Source: Octopus sinensis
Lineage: Eukaryota
NCBI RefSeq assembly: GCF_006345805.1
Contig: NC_042997.1
Location: 13,206,001-13,270,000 of the forward strand
Direction of reading: 5' to 3'
Length of the DNA stretch: 64,000 nt
The position numbers were made by a program, and so were the translations under genes. Shown here one piece after another: positions 26,296-38,790 of this stretch (position 1 is the stretch's first letter; every line of letters begins with the position of its first letter). The notes below the pieces were generated by a model, which saw only the letters and a program-made list of their open reading frames with translations, did no database searches and was not told the origin of the DNA.

Positions 26296-26593
26296 TCTTT
26301 ATATATAAAAGTGAAGTTGTGTGTCTGTCTCCTACGATTTAGATTCCTAACTACTCCCACATTTTGCAGTGCAGTTTAACCAAAAGCGGGTATCTTATAG
26401 TCGTGATTCATATCGAGCCCTTCTGAGTATTAGCACGCGTCTACGATGAGTCTACGATTTAAAAAAAAATTACCATCATTTTTTCCCATTTTTAATGCAT
26501 TTTTTTGCTATTATATAAGGGAAATAACTCTCTAAAAATGCTTATATAGTTATTTCCCTTACAAACCCGAGCAACGCCGGGCGATACTGCTAG
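26296..26593 (+). mobile_element. Non-autonomous Helitron (~298 bp)
   Basis: Starts TC(TTTATATATAAAAG) after A; ends CCCGagcaacgcCGGG hairpin + CTAG before T (A|T site, no TSD); internal 13-bp inverted repeat at 26517-26529/26548-26560. Confidence 0.85.
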
Positions 26594-27200
26594 TTTAATA
26601 TGTAATTTAAAAGTTATCATGGGATCCATTGGCGTCATTTAGTTAATATATCTTCGGCCTGGGTAGCAGATAATGGAACACTTCTCATTGAGTGATTATT
26701 ACTTCAGAGTATCTGCTAGATAGGGAACATATGTGGACTGGATTTTACCTACTCCATTCCCACAATTTGGATTTTTATTCTCATTCATATAAACGCTAGA
26801 TGCTAACCATGAACTATAACAAAATCTCTTTTCAGTATATCGAATTTCGATATGGGAAATACTACAACGTTCTTCGCCAATAAACTATTAGTGTTCTTGG
26901 TAGTTGGTTTTTATTATATATATATAGTAAAATAAGGATTAAGATAGGGTCGGGTAGTTGAAAAGATATGCACCAGGTAGTGTTGGATATACCTGTTTCC
27001 GGCCTATTGGTGATAAATATCAAATACGATTTTCAGTTTGTGTACACAGAAAATACCAAACCTATGAGTATTCAATGCCTAGGGGCTGGTTCAAAGCGCG
27101 CGTTGCGTTGAAGTGTAGGTTGTTAGTATACCCTAGGGTGTTCGACAAGTCGTAAATCCCCTTCGTGTGTTACATTCAAATAAATAACAGGCGATGGATA

Positions 27201-27379
27201 CGTGCAGGCGTGGCTGTGTGATAAGAAGCTTGCTTCCTAACCACATGATTCTGGGATCAGTTCCACTGCGTGGCAATTTGGGTAAGTGTCTTCTACAATA
27301 GCCCCCGGCCGACCAAAGCTTTATGAGCGGATTGGTAGAGGGAAACTGAAAGAAGCCCGTCCTATATATATATGTATAT

Positions 27380-27416
<37 letters not shown>

Positions 27417-27620
27417 GAAGATGTTTGTGTGGCTGTGTTTGTCCCACCCACCATTGATATACAACCGATGTTGGTTTCCTTACGTCCCAAAAGTAGCCTT
27501 TCGGCAAAAGACCCGATAGAATGAGTTCTAGGCTTAAAAGAATAATTCTTGGGGTCCATTTGTTCGACTAAAGGTGGTGCACAAGTGTGGATACAGTCAA
27601 ATGACTTACATAAGTAAAAA
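27201..27620 (+). mobile_element. SINE family A, full length with internal (TA)n
   Basis: Head gtggctgtgtgataagaagcttgct..ggcaatttgggtaagtgtcttc..ggaaactgaaagaagcccgtc, then (TA)n, then tail tgtttgtccc..cagtcaaatgact. Confidence 0.88.
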
Positions 27621-28680
27621 AAAAAATGGAAGAATAAAAGAACAATTGTCAGCTCATTACAGCTGTTTCTTACACATTTTTCAATAGAAGAATGAGAACA
27701 TTACAATATTACAAAAACCCTAATCATCAGATGATACAATTTTACACACAAAAGAATATCGCAAGAATGCAGCAATTACGTAGCTGAAGTTAGTCGAGGC
27801 TAACCTCGAAATGGGAGAATGACCACCAAAATTGGCCGTTGTGGTCATTAAGGGTTGGGGTTAGGTTAAGAATATAGTTTGTGAAAAGGTGTAATATGAT
27901 ACTTAAGTTCAGCGACCCGGATAAGATAGGATCCAGCTAGATTGGTTCTTAGATAGGCTAGAGGTGGGTTGTAGACGATATTTTATTATAGTAGTCTTAG
28001 AGAAGTTGGTAGCTGGGAGAGGACTGCAGATAATGTAAGGAAAACGAATTTAAAAAAATAAAAAGTAAAAAGTGAAGAAATATAAATGCATAAATAAAGC
28101 CATTTAGGCACAGAGTCGAGGTTCAAGGTTCACTAACTAAGACTAAGGAACAAAGGGAGGAGGGCAGAGATACACAGAATTTAGGGATATTCTGTGGTTG
28201 AATGTTGTGGGGGTGGGTACGAAGGAAATGAAATGATAAGTTCTAACTGTTTAGAAATTGTAGTGTTATGCGTGTTTGATTTACCTGGTAAAGGGAAAAG
28301 ATGCAGGATGATGTTTTAGATACGAATGTTATATGGGATAGTAGAGAGCACTTATAAAATGAGGACATGTTGGCCTGGAAAGGAAATACCTGGTAGTAAC
28401 AGTAGTGTGCTATTTATAATTAAGAAGTTCAAAGGAAGAGATGGGTTATATAATAAACTACACCTTGTCCCGAGCTACAGGAAATATCAGATCGGATATC
28501 TAAGAAGACCATCAGTAGAAAGTAGTCTAATGATTAACAATTTGAAATGATGTATGGGTGGCCTTGATATTACTTAATTAGTCTCATCACCAGTGTGTGA
28601 ATCAGGTAATACAACTCAAGACACTAGTCGCGTGACTTTGTGGCCAGCCTGCATACACATACACTTACCTATATATATAT

Positions 28681-28721
<41 letters not shown>

Positions 28722-28724
<3 letters not shown>

Positions 28725-28925
28725 TGTCGAAACATGAACAAAGAGAAAACACAACAACGTGAGGACGTGGAACAAGTATAGTGTTATTGGACGCCCAGGA
28801 AAGGAAAGAACCAAGGGCGATTTAACGTTTCGAGCGGAGCTCTTCGTCAGAAACATAGAAAAAGGAAAGATCCAAGGAAGGGAAGGCAGAGGAAAAAAAT
28901 CGCCAACGTTACACTCGCGGTCACA
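28722..28925 (-). mobile_element. Short dispersed HHR-bearing repeat (family H4) flanked by (TA)n
   Basis: Homologous copies at 9222-9345, 53490-53645 and 61933-62130. Confidence 0.85.
28820..28854 (-). ncRNA. Minimal type I hammerhead ribozyme
   Basis: GTTT-CTGACGA-AGAGC-TCC-GCTC-GAAAC-GTT-AAAT; intact core; palindromic ACGU stem III, which could form only in a dimer. Confidence 0.65.
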
Positions 28926-31041
28926 TATATATATATATATACATATATATATGTATATATATGTATGTGTGTGTCAGCACAAGGATAGTGTCTTTGTATC
29001 TGTGTACAATTTGAAATATAACTTTTGCACTTAATACATGAGGCTAATCTACATATTTTCCTCATATTTGTCAGTTCTAGCATCGCACTTATGACACTAC
29101 TAACCTATATACATATATGTGCATGTGAGCACGTGTGTATGTACCTATGCTTGCGCGTATATACACATGCAAACATTCTCTCACACGTATAGTTCTTAAG
29201 GATCTTACTTAATGCCAAGTCTGTAGAGACACATAATGCTATCGCTATAATATAAATACATTTCTTATTTATAATCATGAGAATTGTTTTACTCCTAATT
29301 TAGTCCAGGGACGATTTTGACTTCAAAAGAAGGAAATTGTCAATATTTAGATTCAATGCTTTCCTACAACGTTGCTTATTGCCACAGAATCACAGAATGG
29401 ACGTTGTATGGAATCTTTTCCTTTGATTTAGCGAAATTTATTTTCTGGTTTCTTTTACTTTTTGGTTTAGATATTTTTGCCTTTTGGCCAGTGAGTAATT
29501 AGCTTAGACATTCGAAGTCAGTTTTCTCTATGTATTTACAAGAAGTGCAACACAACTTATCTTACTGCCAGAAATGAGACTAATCTGCATCGTTTTTCTT
29601 CCCGTTTTTCTATTCAGCGTTTTTATAATATAAAATTCTTTTGGTTGCTTTCTGCCATATTCTGTCTTTTCCATATTTCTTTGTTGCGAGATTATTTGTC
29701 TCATTCCCTCTCAACTATACACCAAATATTTCTTCCCTCAGCTCAAGTATGCGCCTACTCACATACTTGTATACACATACATAAAGACGCATACACGCAT
29801 ACATACACTCACTCTGTCACGCTCACGCACACGCACACACACACGCTCATACCCACATGCACACACTCAGATATATATATGTATATGTATACAAACTCGC
29901 ACATATATATAGAGAGATTGTAACTGGAATTTAATACGGTTTCATGTGCGAGTATTTCAGCCTCTATATTTTAGTTCTTTTATTACATGCTCCATGTCAT
30001 AAACCAAAGCTGTTGCTGGGGTCACTTAGAATTTCTTAGTATGCGACACTTCAATGACCATTGTTATCAGAGATAACCAGTTTGGTAGCGTCAAATTATA
30101 TATGATAAATATGGTTGCCACGTAAATGTAAGCTGCAATTTTCTGCGGCAGCAGAAATCACACCCTATAACCAAGCTCATCCAGTTAGGTCTGTTGTGGT
30201 CGTTTCGGGTTATCAGTGGATAATGGCTTGTCGTTTATTCACAGGGTCTACCTTGGATCACATACAACGGACTTGGTATGCAGCCTGACAATCGAAAACT
30301 AGAAATAAAAACACTTAGATGTAAGATGCAAATTATCATACCGCAGGATCACGGAGTATGTGAATTTTTTTGGCGGAGATATAGTTGACAATTTCAAATT
30401 CGAAACAATACCCAATGCTTATAAGTGAGTGATTTTTAATGTTATCATATTTTGCAACTTACCACTAGATGTTCGAATATAAAGTTCTCAATCGACGGGT
30501 TGCATACGAATTGTGTTGTATGTGATCCATCGTTTCTAATGCATAGGAAAGTATGTAAGATTTCTGGTGGGAACAGTAGATAGATATTTTGCGGGAAAAG
30601 AAAAGGAAGAAAAATTGCGGAAAAAACAGACTCATCTGTCTTCTGGCAGTCGGTTATTATTGACTCTTAACTGACTTCTGAACCTGGAATTACGCTTACC
30701 GTTTGTGATACATTTTATTGGTCTAAATCTCACTGTCCAGTGTTCTTGTTCACTCCTTCCTCCAATACCCTGGAGCCCAGCAAAATGATTGATCATACAC
30801 CAACACACACATGTACACACACGCAATCCCCAACAAAGCTGACACCCAACAAAGAAACTGCCCCCAACTTATACCCCTTGACACTCATTGTATTCACACA
30901 CATATATAGACCTCCCCCCACAAACACATTGCGCATCACTCGCTAACATAAACCCCATACGACCTTAACTAATACAGAAAGAAAACAAGCTAACGAACAC
31001 GATTATATATACCTACATCGCTAAGAAAAATTACACATATA

Positions 31042-31202
31042 CACGCAAGAATGGCTGTGTGGTAAGAAGCTTCCTTCCCAACAACATGATTCCGGGTTCA
31101 GTCCCATCGCGTGGCACCTTGGGCAAATGTCTTCTATTATAGCCTCGGACCGACGAAAGACTTGTGAGTAGATTGGACAGACGGAAACTGAAAGACGCCC
31201 GT

Positions 31203-31205
<3 letters not shown>
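31042..31205 (+). mobile_element. SINE family A, 5' half (its 3' half is displaced to 33140-33352)
   Basis: Head through ggaaactgaaagacgcccgttg, then (TA)n. Confidence 0.85.
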
Positions 31206-31243
<38 letters not shown>

Positions 31244-31425
31244 AAAGGGCTTAGTAAAATAAATTACTTTGCCGCATACTGAACTCATTAGAAATAGCAG
31301 CTAAAAAAACTTTTTTAAAACTATTTCTAATACTTAAAGGAAACCTCTCTCATATAGTGTTTGCTCAATTCAACTCACGCAAATATGGGGGTAGAGACAT
31401 TAAAAAATCAAGTGCAAAGGTTATT

Positions 31426-31477
31426 TGAGAACGTACGTTTCAAGATTAGTCAACACGACATTTCTATCATCAGCTCA
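31426..31477 (-). ncRNA. Type I hammerhead ribozyme (left arm)
   Basis: Reverse complement of 32157-32208. Confidence 0.72.
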
Positions 31478-32156
31478 GAACTCCCTGGTTTGGATTGAAA
31501 ACACTGAAAGTGGGAGCATACCCTTTCGGCCTCCTCTCGCTTCCGAAGATCTGCTCGTAACTAACAGTGCCAACAAACCAAAAATGCAAGCGAAGAATTT
31601 CTGCTCTCCCCTTTCCACCAGCGTGGGTTAAAATCAGTAAACACTATGCTTTTTTCGGTAAAGTCCGCGGCATTATATAGAGAGAGATGAATTATAATTT
31701 CAACAATTGAGGGTAAAATAATTAATTAATCAATTTCACCAAGTATTCAGTATGCAAAGGGACCATTTAAGGCGAATTCAATTATTACATTATATAAAAG
31801 GGCTTAGTAAAATAAATTACTTTGCCGCATACTGAACTCATTAGAAATAGCAGCTAAAAAAACTTTTTGGTCCCTTGCATACTGAATACTTGGTTGAAAA
31901 TGATTAATTAATTAATTTTACCCTCAATTGTTGAAATTATAATTCATCTCTCTCTATATAATGCCGCGGACTTTACCGAAAAAAGCATAGTGTTTACTGA
32001 TTTTAACCCACGCTGGTGGAAAGGGGAGAGCAGGAAATTCTTCGCTTGCATTTTGGTTTGTTGGCACTGTTAGTTACGAGCAGATCTTCGGAAGCGAGAG
32101 GAGGCCGAAAGGGTATGCTCCCACTTTCATGTTTTCAAATCCAAACCAGGGAGTTC

Positions 32157-32208
32157 TGAGCTGATGATAGAAATGTCGTGTTGACTAATCTTGAAACGTA
32201 CGTTCTCA
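32157..32208 (+). ncRNA. Type I hammerhead ribozyme
   Basis: TGAG-CTGATGA-tAGAaatGTCgtgttGACtaaTCTt-GAAAC-GTAC-GTT/CTCA. Intact core, stem I TGAG/CTCA, palindromic ACGUACGU stem III, imperfect stem II. Confidence 0.72.
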
Positions 32209-32599
32209 AATAACCTTTGCACTTGATTTTTAATGTCTCTACCCCCCTATTTGCGTGAGTGAATTGAGCAAACACTATATGAGAGAGGTTTCCTTTAAGT
32301 ATTAGAAATAGTTTTAAAAAGTTTTTTAGCTGCCTATTCTAATGAGTTCAGTATGCGGCAAGTAATTTATTTTACTAAGCCCTTTTATATAATGTAATAA
32401 TTTGAATTCGCCTTAAATGGTCCCTTTGCATACTGAATACTTGGTGAAATTGATTAATAATTATTTTACCCTCAATTGTTGAAATTAATATATATATATA
32501 TTATATATATATATATATAATATAAATAATATATAAATATATGCATATATATACGTATATGTACATACCTACATCTATGTGTATATAATTATGCATATA

Positions 32600-33084
32600 T
32601 GGGTACAGGACATAAAAAAAAACATTCAACACAATGAGAAACGAAAACATAAAAACAAAAACATGGAAACGAACTTTTTTACAAACAACGAAAAAACAGA
32701 GTACATGACATACAACACAAGGAATATTCTCCTTCTTCAGTTGTCCCTGTTTCGTCTACTCCGCGTTCCAAAATAGGGACAAGACGCGACTTGGTTGAAA
32801 CAGTCCTTCCCGCAAAGCAAATTAGATAAAATTTGGGACAGTAAGAACAAAACAAGACAGTAAAAACAAACGATGAGCGCTGTTAAGTCATGACGATGGA
32901 AAAATTATTTTGAACGCATTAAGGAGACAGCTTATAAGAGGGACAGGATAAGCCGTTTTGTCTCGGTGAAGATAGCAGTTAGAATGATGGTCACGTGTCA
33001 GTGACGAGAGAGTCGAGGAGGAGGAGGAGGAGGAGTACGAGAGAGGGAACGGTGAAGGAGAGAGGAGAAGAATAGGGACGGGTG

Positions 33085-33085
<1 letters not shown>
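32600..33085 (-). repeat. Probable interspersed repeat inserted in (TA)n, with a partial HHR-like motif at 32720-32788
   Basis: Bounded by TA tracts inside the split SINE; minus GTC-TTGTCCCT..AGGGACAA-CTGAAGA-AGGAGaataTTCCT. Confidence 0.5.
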
Positions 33086-33135
<50 letters not shown>

Positions 33136-33139
33136 GTAT

Positions 33140-33352
33140 GCGTGTGTGTTCGTGTGTCTGTGCTTGTCCCCATACCATCGCTTGGCAACTGATGTTGGTA
33201 TGTTTACCTCACTGTAACTTAGCAGTTCTGCAAAAGAGACCGATGGAATAAGTAATAGGCTTACAATGAATAAGTCCTGGTGTCGATGCGAGACTAAAGG
33301 TGATGCTTCAGCACGGACGCAGTCAAATGTCTAAAGCAAGTAAAAATAAAGA
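33140..33352 (+). mobile_element. SINE family A, 3' half
   Basis: gtgtctgtgcttgtcccc..gtaacttagcagttctgcaaaagagaccgat..gcagtcaaatgtctaaagcaagtaaaa. Confidence 0.82.
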
Positions 33353-33758
33353 GTATATGACACCCCTACATATATATTGCATGCCCTATCCCCACAGGAG
33401 CACCACACTTAACAATGCACACGTTTCCCACAAACACTTCAAGAAAACTCTTACAACCTAATCCCTTACTCTTTTCTGTTTCACCAACTTTTACCCCACA
33501 ACCGCAAACCGGATGTGTCGACTCACCTCCGACAATAGAGAGCAGTCTCCATATTCCTTTCCAAACCGTCTAACTCTGATTAGCGTAAGGTTATATAATC
33601 GGATTGTTACCTAATACCCTATTGTATTTCTCGTGCGAAACCGATTGGTAAAATCAGCCGTGAAGGATATATACAGTATATTTCGGGTTATATGTATATA
33701 CGCACATAGATTCATGCGTGTGTACATTTGCTTGTATGTATGTATGTATGTATGTATG

Positions 33759-33789
<31 letters not shown>

Positions 33790-35191
33790 CAACAGTGTTT
33801 AATTGCACACATGCATAAAGAGAAGCCACGTGGACAAAAGTACATGTTATACGGGGAGAAAGAATGCATGCGAGAAAGAAAGACATGGAAAGAAGGAAGA
33901 AAGAAAAGCGAGACAGAATCCGATATAATTTTATAAAGATCAAATGCATATATCCAATATATCCATAGCCACTTCTATTTCCATCGATCTCAATAAATGA
34001 TCACGTGGTCATAAATGTGTTATTGAACGTTATTACATAATAATAATAATAATAACGGCGTGCGGGATCTAAACGGTGCAGATATTTTCCGGCGAATAAA
34101 TATGGTGAGAATATATTCTGGGCGAATATATCGGTTAATTTGCAGTTATGTACAAGATGGTGGTTACAAGATTGCGTTCTGCGCTACACTGAACGCTTAC
34201 AATATGGAATTCTGTCAAATCGCAACCATTTACAGTGTCCATTAGTGATACAAAGCTCCTGATAACGGAACGTCGAGTTTACTATGTTTAATAGATTCTA
34301 TTATTAAAGGCAAAAAGGCAATACTCATAATGAAGTCTTTTCTTATGGACTTTCATCCATTTGTTCCCTTCCTTCTTCTCCGAAGCCCCTTTACTTCCTT
34401 ATCTACATGTTCTCAATCTCTCTGTCTACTCCATTTATTATATCAAGCACACACTTTACACTTCCGCCGATCTCACTCCCTTTTTTCCCTTCCTACTCCT
34501 ACCACCATTTTTCCTTGCTAATCACTCCTGTTACATACCCTACTCTACCCACCCCTCTTCTATAAATTTATGGATTCTCCTCATTACTGTTTTCTTCCTT
34601 GTCTATTTATCCCCCCCCATTCTCTCGTCACTACTTCCCGGCGTCTTTCATGATAAAGGTTTTATTTCTTATGTTTTATATTTATCTTATCGCTTACTCT
34701 CCCTCTACATATTTATCTATCAAGCGGTCTTCATGTATTTTTCTATTCAGCTCGATATAATGCAATATAATATATTATAACACAATAGTAATGATAATGA
34801 TGATGATGGTCATGCCGCTGCTGCTGCTGATGATGATGATGATCACGATCATGATCATAATATTCAGCATTCAAACGCGTACTCGCAAACACTCACATAC
34901 CTGCATGCCTGTGTATGTATGAATGTGTAAATGCATGTATATGTGTGTGTGTATTTGTGTATATGTGTATGTGTGTGTTTGTAGGTATATATATACATAT
35001 ACATATATACATATATACATACACTCACATATGTATATACATATACATACGTATATATATATACATAGGTATATAAATACACATACACACATATATATGT
35101 ATGTGTTTATATATATGTGTATATCTATGTATGTGTGTATATATATAAACACATATATAGATATACACATATATATAAACACACACATACA

Positions 35192-35235
<44 letters not shown>

Positions 35236-35278
35236 TGAGTGAGTGATATATATGTATATATATATATATATAGGATAT

Positions 35279-35312
<34 letters not shown>

Positions 35313-35554
35313 AGAAATTCAGGGTGAGTACTTGATAATTGTAAGCACCTGTATATACCGTTTGGTGGTGTAGGTGTGGAGTAAATTATCAAAATAAAAA
35401 CATGATGCCAAGGATTCAGCGGTACATATGTTTCGGGCCTTTATTAGACGGATTTATAACAATGCATAATGTGTGTCTATGGCCTTCCTCAGCCGCGCAC
35501 AACTACTACCTCAAGGACATGTATTACATCAAAAATTCTACACACACACACATA

Positions 35555-35568
35555 TCGATAGATAGATT

Positions 35569-35647
<79 letters not shown>

Positions 35648-35730
35648 GGATAGATAGATAGATAGATAGATAGATGGATAGACAGATAGACAGATAGACA
35701 GATAGATGGATGGATAGATAGATAGATATA
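35555..35730. repeat. (TAGA)n microsatellite
   Basis: Direct reading. Confidence 0.97.
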
Positions 35731-35990
35731 GATGCATGTACCAATATGGATTTAGGAATCTATCTGTAAGTAACACCCCTGTGTTAGGAGATAGGTAACT
35801 CCCTATATTTTCTCCCTCTGTTCTCTTCTTTATTTACTTTCGCTTGTATTTTCTTTATTTTCTCCGTCCCCATCTTCCTCATACACGAGCTGTGTGTACA
35901 CATACATACACACACATTGAAACAAACTTTAATTATTTCTGTCTACAACTAAACAACATTCTCATTTAATAACCAATCTATTATGTCCTA

Positions 35991-36061
<71 letters not shown>

Positions 36062-36134
36062 TGTAATTTCTCTTCTTTAGTTTTTTTTTTTCTTTAAAAC
36101 CTTCAGCCCTGCTCCTACCACCTTCTTTCTTTGT

Positions 36135-36234
36135 NNNNNNNNNNNNNNNNNNNNNNNNNNNNNNNNNNNNNNNNNNNNNNNNNNNNNNNNNNNNNNNNNN
36201 NNNNNNNNNNNNNNNNNNNNNNNNNNNNNNNNNN
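36135..36234. other. Assembly gap (100 N)
   Basis: Run of N. Confidence 1.
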
Positions 36235-36261
36235 TATATATATATACTAGATATATTCTTT

Positions 36262-36635
36262 TATTCTTTTCGTCTTTTACTTGTTTCAGCCATTTGACTA
36301 GGGCCATATTGGTGTACCGCCTTGAAGGGTTTTAGTCGAATAAATCGACCTCACCTCCTTGTTGGTAAGCTTAGTACTTATTTTATCGGTCTATTTCGCC
36401 GAACCGCTAGGTTACGAGGACGTAAACACACCAGCCTCATATGCACACATACACACAAACACACACACACACACACATATATACGAAGAGCTTCTTCAAT
36501 TTCCGTCATCTAAATCTCTTCCCAAGGCTTTGGTCAACACCAGGCTATAGTAGACGACATTTGCTCAATGTGCCACGCAGTGGGAGTGAACCTGAAACGA
36601 TTTGGTTGGTAATCAAGCTACTTACCACACATCCA
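36262..36635 (-). mobile_element. SINE family A, full length with internal (CA)n/(TA)n
   Basis: Reverse complement of the 27201-27620 type. Confidence 0.82.
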
Positions 36636-36670
36636 ACACTTATCTGTGTATATATATATATGTATGTGTA

Positions 36671-36711
<41 letters not shown>

Positions 36712-36779
36712 ATAATGTTTTTGACACCAGGGTAAGCACATACGTGCGAAACAATGTGGAAAAATTAGTATTCAAATAC

Positions 36780-37050
36780 CAGAGGTAGAGAAATATACCT
36801 GCAAAACCATCACTAAAACTATTACATAGGGGAGATACCTACGAGCATTGCAAAAAGACTAAATGAATATTTGAGACAATATAACGACAAAAACACTCCT
36901 TCATATTTTACCAACATGCCTTCATATTTTACCAACATGGAGGCAACCTGGGTCAGCTTGACATTTTATCCAAGCACCCAAAGGACCCAACCCTCAGACA
37001 AATAGAGGAGTACGTCCACGTAAATAAGCGCTAAATAAGAAATATACGTA
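36780..37050 (+). pseudogene. PLE GIY-YIG endonuclease fragment
   Basis: YYIGEIPTSIAKRLNEY..; shifted frame HGGNLGQLDILSKHPKDPTLRQIEE, similar to 60800-61000; contains a duplicated ttcatattttaccaacatg. Confidence 0.65.
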
Positions 37051-37881
37051 GTAGGTAATCATACCAATATACCCACAGTTTATATTTATATACAGCTAGA
37101 AACTCAGTGGGCTTTTATCTAGAAGTTTGAGCGTGTGTGTGCGTGTATATGTGTCTGTATATACGTATATGTATATGCACATATATGTAGGCAAATGGAC
37201 ATGATTGTAAACATGTAGGCATACAGATGGATAGGTACATAGGTATTATGAACAAACAAGCCCACATACACATACGCAAATGAAGACTGAAACAGATGAC
37301 TATATATACACACATACACACACTTCACAGAAGGACACATATGGAGACAAACATCCCTATATATGGAGATACACTTCTATACATACAGACAGTACATAGT
37401 CACAAAAATCCATACTCACACATTATACATACACACACAAAGAGACAGAGACACACACATATGCAAACACACACACATGCAAATACACACACATGCAAAC
37501 AAACACACACATAAAAACACACATACATACAACTGTACACGCTCATACATACATGCATGCACGAACATACATACATACATGTGTATGCGCACACACGCTG
37601 ACCCACACACATGTGCACAGACAAACAAAAATAAGGCAGCTCGGACAACGGACAGAGCCAACGACTATTGAAAAGGTTGCAAGACGCAACGAAAAGTTGA
37701 GGAAAAAATAAATAAGTAATTGAGCGGAAAATTTTACGGTGGGTATGATGAATAATAAGGCACTAAAATAGATGGACTCTCCCCAGACATAACAAAATAT
37801 GCTTCAACAAACTAACTCGCATAAGGAATATTGCAAACCAAATCTCAAAGCGAATATATACATACCTGCGTACATACATAC

Positions 37882-37950
<69 letters not shown>

Positions 37951-38221
37951 ATATTATGGTATATATATGTATGTATATATATATTTATTTATATATATAT
38001 ATTGAATTAACCAGTTTCAGCTCATGATGTGGCCATACTGGGGTACTACCATTTGGTGTTGCCATATCATTTTTACTTCACTAATTCATTTTTAGAACTT
38101 GATATTTGGTGCATGAGGGAGTGTGGCACCACTGCCCTCATTTGCACTTCCTGCTCTGAAGTTGGTTCATCTGGGACTCTTGGCAGTAAGAGTTCTGGTT
38201 ACGTGTTGAAGACACTAACAT

Positions 38222-38340
<119 letters not shown>

Positions 38341-38559
38341 ATATAATGGTAAAAGCCACAGCCCGAGACATATTGCTGCATAGGGCTGGTTTCCTAGATT
38401 ACCTGGTGCATATATTACCCACTAGATCCACACACACACACAAACACACGCATACACTCCTCTTCAGCTGTCGACTGTTTATTGCTACCTGTTTTGTGTT
38501 TTAACAAGTGAGGAAGACTTCATAGGACAGCAGGATCCTGATATTTCAAATACATAGGC

Positions 38560-38790
38560 TTTCGAACTAACAAACGACATCAGAGTGGAGGGACGAAAAC
38601 GAACGACGAAGACAGACGTTTGGGGCCTTTAAACCAAGACGAATTGTAATGGGTAACGCCTGGAAGAAATTTCGAAAGGATATGGAAGAAAGAGAAGAGA
38701 GAAAAAGAGAAAAACATATGGAAATGCGAGAGAAAAGACGTCCAGCTAACTGGACGTCCCATCCAGAAAAGACACAGAGATGAGAAAAAT
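38560..38790. repeat. Dispersed repeat (second copy ~44925-45100) with a terminal 9-bp hairpin
   Basis: Shared caagacg(a/g)attg(t/c)aatgg(g/c)taacgcctgg..gaaatgcgagagaaaag..gctaactggacgtcccatcc. Confidence 0.75.

Larger units (their letters stand above)
31236..32487. mobile_element. Non-coding fold-back element (family H2) made of two permuted, more-than-unit-length copies of a ~553-nt monomer
   Basis: ataaaagggc recurs at 31241 and 31794; tggtccc recurs at 31868 and 32418; the arms are reverse complements joined at ~31867. Confidence 0.9.

Noticed and set aside
27845-27870. Telomere-like GGGTTGGGGTTAGGTT
   Set aside because: Too short and irregular.
27700-28650. Possible very old PLE remnant (YILNLTPTLN on minus; CTGAAG..GAAA near 27785-27812)
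   Set aside because: Motifs are too degenerate, and the HHR-like string lacks G8-A9 and lies on the strand opposite the putative ORF.
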